A DNA stretch of 37,311 nucleotides from Thermoplasmatota archaeon (lineage in GTDB: Archaea > Thermoplasmatota > Thermoplasmata > SG8-5 > JACRNV01): the NCBI GenBank assembly GCA_040753455.1, contig JBFMEL010000002.1:1-37311 (forward strand), given 5' to 3'. The notes below the pieces were generated by a model. It did not search any database. It was given only the letters and a program-made list of their open reading frames with translations, and was not told the origin of the DNA. Below, piece after piece: positions 31,946-37,311 of this stretch. Each line of letters opens with the position of its first letter. Position 1 is the stretch's first letter. The position numbers and the translations under genes were made by a program.

Positions 31946-32857
31946 CTACTCAAACTCGGCGCCGCATCTGGGGCAGAATGCATCGCTTTCGCTCACCATG
32001 GTGCCGCAGCTTGGGCACTCGAAGATCGTGCCCTCCTCCATCCTCCTGTCGAAGATCGCACCGCATGTGCACCGCTCCGCCCCCTCTGGGATCACCCTGT
32101 CGCATGCAGGGCAGCGGTACTCTATCTCCTCCAGATCCTCCGAGAACTCCGCGCCGCAGCCTGCGCAACGCCTCGCCTCCATGCTCTGGACCGCGCCGCA
32201 GAGCGGGCATGAGACCTCCTGCTCAGAGTCCACGAAGACCACACCGCAGCTGCACTTCCGTGCCGAGGATTCGAGGACTGCACCGCACTCTGGGCAGGTG
32301 AACCTCATCTCCTCTATAAATCTAACACCGCACCTGGAGCATGCGCTCGCATCGGCATCCAGGGCTGCGCCGCACTCCGGGCACTCGAACTCCAGAGCTG
32401 CATCCTTCTCTGGTGGGGGGGCTGTGCGCCTCAGCGCATCCTCGTACTTTGCCTTCAGCTCCAGGTATGTGGCCTCGGAGATGTGCCCTGTGAGCAGCCT
32501 TTCCTCCAGGAGCTCCAACTTATCCCTGGGCGTTAACCCATCCTTAGGCGGCAGTGGGGCGGGCGCCCGATCACCGTTCGGCACAGCAGGTGGCGCTCCA
32601 TCCCTGGGCATCCGTGGATGAGATGGTGCTGGCGCTGGAGGATCCACACGCATCCTATCCTCTATCTGGGCGCTGCAGGAGACGCATACTCCCACTCTGA
32701 AGCCGCAGGTGACATGGTAGAGCTTTCCGCAGTCGCAGAGTGCGAAGGGCAGCCCTTCCTTGATCTCGCCCAGACAGATCCCGCACAGGCGCACCACGTC
32801 CGCCCTGCGGCTCACCACGCTCGGCTTTTTGTAGGTGTGCGCCACAGGCCTATGCAT
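31946..32857 (-). CDS. Multi-zinc-finger protein: N-terminal C4HC3 RING/PHD-like finger, Pro-rich linker, SHOCT-like helix, five tandem zinc ribbons
   Basis: CGICLGEIKEGLPFALCDCGKLYHVTCGFRVGVCVSC gives C-x2-C-x12-C-x-C-x4-H-x2-C-x6-C-x2-C. KLELLEERLLTGHISEATYLELKAKYEDAL is SHOCT-like. Five CP.CG...C..CG ribbons follow. ATG 32857 is chosen as the start because the longer ORF (to 33169) overlaps the upstream gene. Confidence 0.65.
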   Translation of the reverse strand: MHRPVAHTYKKPSVVSRRADVVRLCGICLGEIKEGLPFALCDCGKLYHVTCGFRVGVCVSCSAQIEDRMRVDPPAPAPSHPRMPRDGAPPAVPNGDRAPAPLPPKDGLTPRDKLELLEERLLTGHISEATYLELKAKYEDALRRTAPPPEKDAALEFECPECGAALDADASACSRCGVRFIEEMRFTCPECGAVLESSARKCSCGVVFVDSEQEVSCPLCGAVQSMEARRCAGCGAEFSEDLEEIEYRCPACDRVIPEGAERCTCGAIFDRRMEEGTIFECPSCGTMVSESDAFCPRCGAEFE

Positions 32858-32952
32858 CACACGTGCATCGAAGGGAGGGAGAAAAAGGTTGCTCTGTGGA
32901 GGATGGAGTAGAGCGCTCGGACGACCTGTGGTTGAGATAGCAGATCCTGCGC

Positions 32953-34794
32953 TTATCCCGTCGGTGGGTATTGTGGGGGCTGCGGCGGTTGCCAGGGTTC
33001 CTGCGGTGGTGGGGGCTGTGGCTGCTGCGGTGGGTACTGGGGTGGTGGGGGAGGCATCTCGTACGGCTGCGGACCATGCGGGACAGCCTTCTTGCGCATC
33101 ATCACCATCCCTACGACGACGAGCACCACCACTATCACTACTACCACTGTGATCAGAATGTAGAGCCAAGTGCTGTCCTTTGGGGCTGCGCCAGGCATCA
33201 TCACCCCTTCAGAGGACAGGTATGCCTCTGGGTTCTCCTGGAAGGACTGAGCATCCTCCTCGGGCACCTTTCCCAGCTGGAAGTCCTCCGCCGCGCTGGT
33301 GGGATCGATCGGCACTGGCATGTAGCCCACATCCCCGAGCTCGCCGAGATAGGGTGAGTAGGATTCGTAGAAGCCTGTATCTGGATCGTAGACCGCCTGT
33401 GTTTCAAAGCCATAGGAGTATCTGGTTCCAGGCAGGCTTGGGAAATCCTCGATATTCATCAGGAGCCCATAGAATCCCGTGATAATGGGGGGTGCGGTGG
33501 CTGTGTTCGTACCCGCATCGTAGGAGAGAGAGAAAAAGTCGCTGAAGCTGCCGCTGATGTCTTGGTCGATGGACTCATGGATATCCTCCATAGGGGTGGG
33601 CATGCCGCTGAAGTTGCCTGTAGTGGTCACATCCATGTCTATATTCGCGGTCGCGTGACCTGAGTAAGCGCACGTCACCACCTGGTACACGTATATGTCC
33701 TCGTCCTCCGCGGGCAGGAACGGGATGCCTAGATCACAGTCCAGGGTGAGGTTCATGTCCGCGCTGCCGCTGCCTGCGATTTCCATTGAGTCGTGCCTCT
33801 CCTGCAGCCCGCCGCTCACATCCATGCTCATGTCCATATTCACATTCATCGTTCCATCTACTGTGACAGTCATCTTGCTGACTGCGTAGTATGCACTTCC
33901 TGCACCATCCTCATAGTATTCAAGCCAGATGCTTCCTGAGTACTGGAAGTCCAAGAAGAGGTCTAAGTTTGCGCTCATCGTGCCTGTGGTGCCCTGCGCC
34001 GTGCCTGACACATGCATGTTGCCCTCGACGCTCGCGTATATCCTGCCTGTGTAATCGAACTTGTACATTCCGCTGTCCTCGCCTTTGTACTCGATCGTGA
34101 CATACTGCCCGATCCCACCAACAGCGTTCACGCTCACGCTGATGCCGCTCGGCGCTGTCTGGGTGAGGTTCTGCTTCAAATCCTCTGCCAGGGCGCTCAC
34201 ATCGATGTAGCCGCCAGAAGACCATGTAGCGCCCACCGTCCACGGGACGCTCGCAGGGGTGCCTGGATGGAAATCGCCGCTATCTCCGCCGCCTCCACCA
34301 CCGCCGCTCGCCCACTTCTCTCCGCCCGCGGTATCGGTATCGTGTACCGCATCGGTGGAGTAAGCTGCTACTGCAGCGATATCGAATTCCGCCTCAGGTC
34401 CGGCATAAGTGGAAGGGAAGATTATTGACAATGTATCTCCGCTCACCGTGTACGTGCTGAATGATCCGGAAGTCGAGGGAGTGCTGTATGCGCCATAGAA
34501 GTAACCGCTGGTATACCCGGCAGTGACGGAATAGACGTCATTGTCTCCAGCGATTATCGAGTAAACGTAACCGCTCTCGCTCGATATCGTCCCATAGACC
34601 TCGAGCTCTATGATAATTTCGCTCCCGGATTGGTATGATCTTAACGATTTGATGTCAGCGTTCGGTCTTGCAGGATACTCCTGTGCATCGTTGTATGTCA
34701 GGACATACCCTGCTCCCAGCGCTGAAAGCGCTGTGCCGACGAGCAGCGCGATCCCAAGCATGGCTCCAATGGTGATTACCTTATGATTACTCAT
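32953..34794 (-). CDS. Hypothetical type-I membrane protein with large ectodomain and Pro/Gln-rich cytoplasmic tail
   Basis: The N-terminal signal/anchor is ITIGAMLGIALLVGTALSALGAG and the C-terminal TM is WLYILITVVVVIVVVLVVVGMVMM. The tail reads PPPPPQYPPQQPQPPPPQEPWQPPQPPQYPPTG. I recognise no family for the ectodomain. Confidence 0.65.
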   Translation of the reverse strand: MSNHKVITIGAMLGIALLVGTALSALGAGYVLTYNDAQEYPARPNADIKSLRSYQSGSEIIIELEVYGTISSESGYVYSIIAGDNDVYSVTAGYTSGYFYGAYSTPSTSGSFSTYTVSGDTLSIIFPSTYAGPEAEFDIAAVAAYSTDAVHDTDTAGGEKWASGGGGGGGDSGDFHPGTPASVPWTVGATWSSGGYIDVSALAEDLKQNLTQTAPSGISVSVNAVGGIGQYVTIEYKGEDSGMYKFDYTGRIYASVEGNMHVSGTAQGTTGTMSANLDLFLDFQYSGSIWLEYYEDGAGSAYYAVSKMTVTVDGTMNVNMDMSMDVSGGLQERHDSMEIAGSGSADMNLTLDCDLGIPFLPAEDEDIYVYQVVTCAYSGHATANIDMDVTTTGNFSGMPTPMEDIHESIDQDISGSFSDFFSLSYDAGTNTATAPPIITGFYGLLMNIEDFPSLPGTRYSYGFETQAVYDPDTGFYESYSPYLGELGDVGYMPVPIDPTSAAEDFQLGKVPEEDAQSFQENPEAYLSSEGVMMPGAAPKDSTWLYILITVVVVIVVVLVVVGMVMMRKKAVPHGPQPYEMPPPPPQYPPQQPQPPPPQEPWQPPQPPQYPPTG

Positions 34795-35041
34795 AGGACA
34801 CCTCTAGCAGGGGATACCTATCCCTCTATATATATGTGTGCCCTCGTCGAGTTGGTAACATTTGGGGAAAAGATGGGCTCCTTCTATTTAAAAACCGATG
34901 TTTAAATCGAGAAGCGTGCAATCCTCAAAGTAGGGTGACATCTTAGGGATGAACTGCAATGTGCGCCGGAGGATCAGGACGCCTCCTCCACTCCCGCGAC
35001 TCGAAGGGTGCACTTTATATTCTCCACCTCTATCTGCCTTC

Positions 35042-36016
35042 ATGCCCGAAAAGATGGATGCCATGGATGATGAGCGATGCAGGAAGATATTCCAGATCGA
35101 GCGGAGGTTCAGGGCTGATCTGGCGAAAGCTATCGGGGATGCGATCGGAAGCTCCCTGAAGGACAGGGTGATGTGTCATATAGATACCTCGCTCATCCCG
35201 TCGAGGGAGGAGGTGGTGGATATCCTGCACGACCTGGAGGACATCCTCTTTCCAGGGTTCTTCGGCAAGCAGGAGCTGGACGAGAACTACCTGCGCTACC
35301 ACCTCGGCAACGAGATGAACATCCTCTTCGAGAAGCTGGCATACCAGATCACGAAGGCGTACATCTATGGATGCTCCAAGCACGGCCTCGCCTGCCCTGA
35401 CTGCGGTGTGCTCGGACAGCAGCAGGCGATCGATTTCATCAAGAGGATTCCAAAGCTGAGGGAACTGCTGAGAGGGGATGTGGAGGCAGCATACAGGAAC
35501 GATCCTGCTGCCAAGAGCTACGACGAGGTGATCATCAGCTATCCAGCGATCAAGGCGATCATGATCTACCGGATAGCGCACGAGCTCCACGAGATGGGGG
35601 TGCCGATCATACCGCGGGTGATGACGGAGCATGCCCACGCCATCACCGGGATAGACATACATCCTGGTGCGAAGATAGGCAGGAAATTCTTCATCGACCA
35701 CGGCACAGGGGTGGTGATCGGCGAGACCACGGAGATAGGAAACAACGTGGTGATATACCAGGGCGTCACCCTGGGCGCCCTGCACTTCGCGAGGGACGAG
35801 AAGGGCGAGGTGGTGCGGGGGAAGAAGAGGCATCCGAGGGTCGAGGACAACGTCACGATCTACGCCAATGCCACGATCCTGGGAGGGGACACAGTGATCG
35901 GCGCGAACTCAGTCATAGGGGGCAATGTGTGGCTCGTAGAATCCGTGCCTGCGAACTGCAAGATCGTCACGGAGTACAAAGCGCTGAGGATCACCCCTCT
36001 CCCCAAGGAGGATTGA
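35042..36016 (+). CDS. cysE: Serine O-acetyltransferase (hexapeptide-repeat)
   Basis: DIHPGAKIGRKFFIDHGTGVVIGETTEIGNNVVIYQGVTLG is the CysE left-handed beta-helix signature. The ORF begins at 34949, with in-frame ATGs at 35042, 35054 and 35063, so the start is uncertain. Confidence 0.8.
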   Translation: MPEKMDAMDDERCRKIFQIERRFRADLAKAIGDAIGSSLKDRVMCHIDTSLIPSREEVVDILHDLEDILFPGFFGKQELDENYLRYHLGNEMNILFEKLAYQITKAYIYGCSKHGLACPDCGVLGQQQAIDFIKRIPKLRELLRGDVEAAYRNDPAAKSYDEVIISYPAIKAIMIYRIAHELHEMGVPIIPRVMTEHAHAITGIDIHPGAKIGRKFFIDHGTGVVIGETTEIGNNVVIYQGVTLGALHFARDEKGEVVRGKKRHPRVEDNVTIYANATILGGDTVIGANSVIGGNVWLVESVPANCKIVTEYKALRITPLPKED

Positions 36017-36074
36017 AGATCGCAGTGCTGAGGTGGCAGCCTCGGAACCGAGCACCATCCCCACCACCGCCATC

Positions 36075-36998
36075 CTAAGGAGGATCGAACATCCCAGTGC
36101 TGAGGTAGCGCTCCCCTGTGTCTGGAAGGATGACGACCAGCAACCAGTCCTCGTGCTCCGGGCGCTTCGCGACCTCTACCGCTGCGCAGAGCGCTGCGCC
36201 GGAGGAGATGCCGCACAGTATCCCCTCCTCCCTCGCCAACCGCGATGCCATCGCCATTGCGTCCCAGCTCTTCACCCTCACGATCTCATCGATCAGGTCG
36301 AGTCTGAGGATCTCAGGCACGAACCCAGCCCCGATCCCCTGGATCTTGTGGGGACCAGGTGTTCCTCCAGAAAGCACGGGCGATTCTTGAGGCTCGACAG
36401 CCACCAGCCTGAGCCCTGACTTCCTTGGCTTCAGCGCCTCTCCGATCCCGGTGATGGTGCCGCCTGTGCCCACCCCTGCCACGATGATATCCACAGCCCC
36501 CTGTGTATCTCTCCATATCTCCTCGGCTGTAGTCTCCCGATGCACCTTCGGGTTCGCAGGGTTCCTGAATTGCTGGGGCATGAACCCCTTCTCGGTGCTG
36601 GCTAAGAGCTCTTCCGCCTTCCTGACTGCACCGCGCATCCCCTCGCTTCCTGGGGTGAGAACGATCTCCGCCCCCAGTGCTCTGAGCAGCGCACGGCGCT
36701 CTGCGCTCATCGTCTCTGGCATGGTGAGCACGCACCTGTAGCCCCTGGAAGCGCATACCATGGCAAGGGCGATCCCGGTATTGCCGGAGGTGGGCTCAAT
36801 GATGATAGTATCTGGGGCGATCAGCCCTGCATCCTCTGCCTCCTTGATCATGCTCCAGCCGATGCGGTCCTTGACGCTCCCCATCGGATTGAACATCTCC
36901 AGCTTCGCCACCACGTTCGCCTTGCAGCCGCTGACCACCCTGCGCAGGCGCACCAGCGGCGTGTGCCCGATAGCATCGAGTATGCTGTCGTGTATCAT
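36075..36998 (-). CDS. cysK: Cysteine synthase (O-acetylserine sulfhydrylase, PLP-dependent)
   Basis: [18 protein letters not shown] matches the N-terminus. The PLP Lys is in GSVKDR, and [10 protein letters not shown] and [10 protein letters not shown] are present. The start is set at ATG 36998 within the longer ORF. Confidence 0.9.
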   Translation of the reverse strand: MIHDSILDAIGHTPLVRLRRVVSGCKANVVAKLEMFNPMGSVKDRIGWSMIKEAEDAGLIAPDTIIIEPTSGNTGIALAMVCASRGYRCVLTMPETMSAERRALLRALGAEIVLTPGSEGMRGAVRKAEELLASTEKGFMPQQFRNPANPKVHRETTAEEIWRDTQGAVDIIVAGVGTGGTITGIGEALKPRKSGLRLVAVEPQESPVLSGGTPGPHKIQGIGAGFVPEILRLDLIDEIVRVKSWDAMAMASRLAREEGILCGISSGAALCAAVEVAKRPEHEDWLLVVILPDTGERYLSTGMFDPP

Positions 36999-37103
36999 GA
37001 GGGGCGAATCGCGCGGGAGGTATAATAAGGGCAGTATTCTCATCGAGCGCACCCTCGATCGGAGAGCGCCATCTTTATATCGGCAGGTGTCCTTTCCTCT
37101 CTC

Positions 37104-37311
37104 ATGTCCTCCGGTGCGCTCCTGGGGCGCTTCCAGCCGATCCATAAGGGACACCTGTGGGTGCTGCGCAAGCTCCTCGCAGAATGTGATGAGGCGATAG
37201 TGGTGATAGGCAGCGCGCAGGCAAGCCATGAGCCTGACAATCCCTTCTCCGCAGGGGAGCGCTACGAGATGGTGAGGGCATGCCTCTCCAAAGAGGAGAT
37301 GGCAAGGGTTG
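37104..37311 (+). CDS. nadM: Nicotinamide-nucleotide adenylyltransferase, archaeal type (3' end outside window)
   Basis: An open frame from ATG 37104 to the window edge translates [25 protein letters not shown]...[26 protein letters not shown] is the nucleotidyltransferase signature of archaeal NMNAT. It is absent from the ORF track because no stop codon is in the window. Confidence 0.75.
   Translation, partial: MSSGALLGRFQPIHKGHLWVLRKLLAECDEAIVVIGSAQASHEPDNPFSAGERYEMVRACLSKEEMARV

Noticed and set aside
31941-32621. 226-aa plus-strand ORF rich in Ser/Ala/His/Pro
   Set aside because: It is antisense to the tandem zinc-ribbon gene. Its periodicity mirrors the sense-strand repeats.
35030-35833. 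267-aa minus-strand ORF
   Set aside because: It is antisense to the serine acetyltransferase hexapeptide-repeat gene and has no motifs.
1-37311. Search for CRISPR arrays, rRNA, tRNA, transposases/integrases and inteins
   Set aside because: I saw no regularly spaced short direct repeats with unique spacers and no rRNA- or tRNA-like conserved strings. No DDE or tyrosine-recombinase motifs are present. PolB is of normal length with contiguous motifs. Absence is judged by eye only.

Overview
This is a GC-rich archaeal chromosomal segment. The archaeal assignment rests on a family-B DNA polymerase, diphthine synthase, an archaeal-type NMN adenylyltransferase, an FtsZ fragment, and TATA-like boxes about 23-39 nt upstream of several start codons, which suggests leaderless or short-leader mRNAs. 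A Thermoplasmata or methanogen-like origin is only a guess.

Most genes are housekeeping or metabolic: pyrG, polB, dphB, cysE/cysK, pepF, a 6-phospho-3-hexuloisomerase, a homocitrate/isopropylmalate synthase-like gene with aconitase-type dehydratase subunits, an M20 peptidase, a class II aldolase, an EamA transporter and a HAD hydrolase. Between them sit accessory patches:

1. A compact minus-strand operon at 14202-15614 encodes a ubiquitin-like beta-grasp protein ending in GG-I, a strikingly eukaryote-like UBC/E2 enzyme, and a JAMM/MPN+ isopeptidase. No E1 is present anywhere in the window. It lies next to a lower-GC two-gene cassette of unknown function. This is my main candidate for a novel system.
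2. A hemerythrin/PAS sensor, a Ras/Rab-like small GTPase and a double winged-helix protein form a cassette at 19219-21664.
3. A protein at 31946-32857 carries an N-terminal C4HC3 RING/PHD-like finger, a SHOCT-like helix and five tandem zinc ribbons. Its neighbour is a membrane protein with a PPxY-containing proline-rich tail.
4. A FolC-endonuclease III fusion ORF.
5. A giant surface protein with seven FG-GAP blades encoded by near-identical 177-nt tandem repeats.
6. Two tandem ATPase/PD-(D/E)xK-like genes.
7. An AT-rich island with a PH-domain/zinc-ribbon gene.
8. A duplicated 38-nt element in a divergent promoter.

I recognised no rRNA, tRNA, CRISPR array or transposase. All functional calls come from motif reading by eye. 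No database search was possible.
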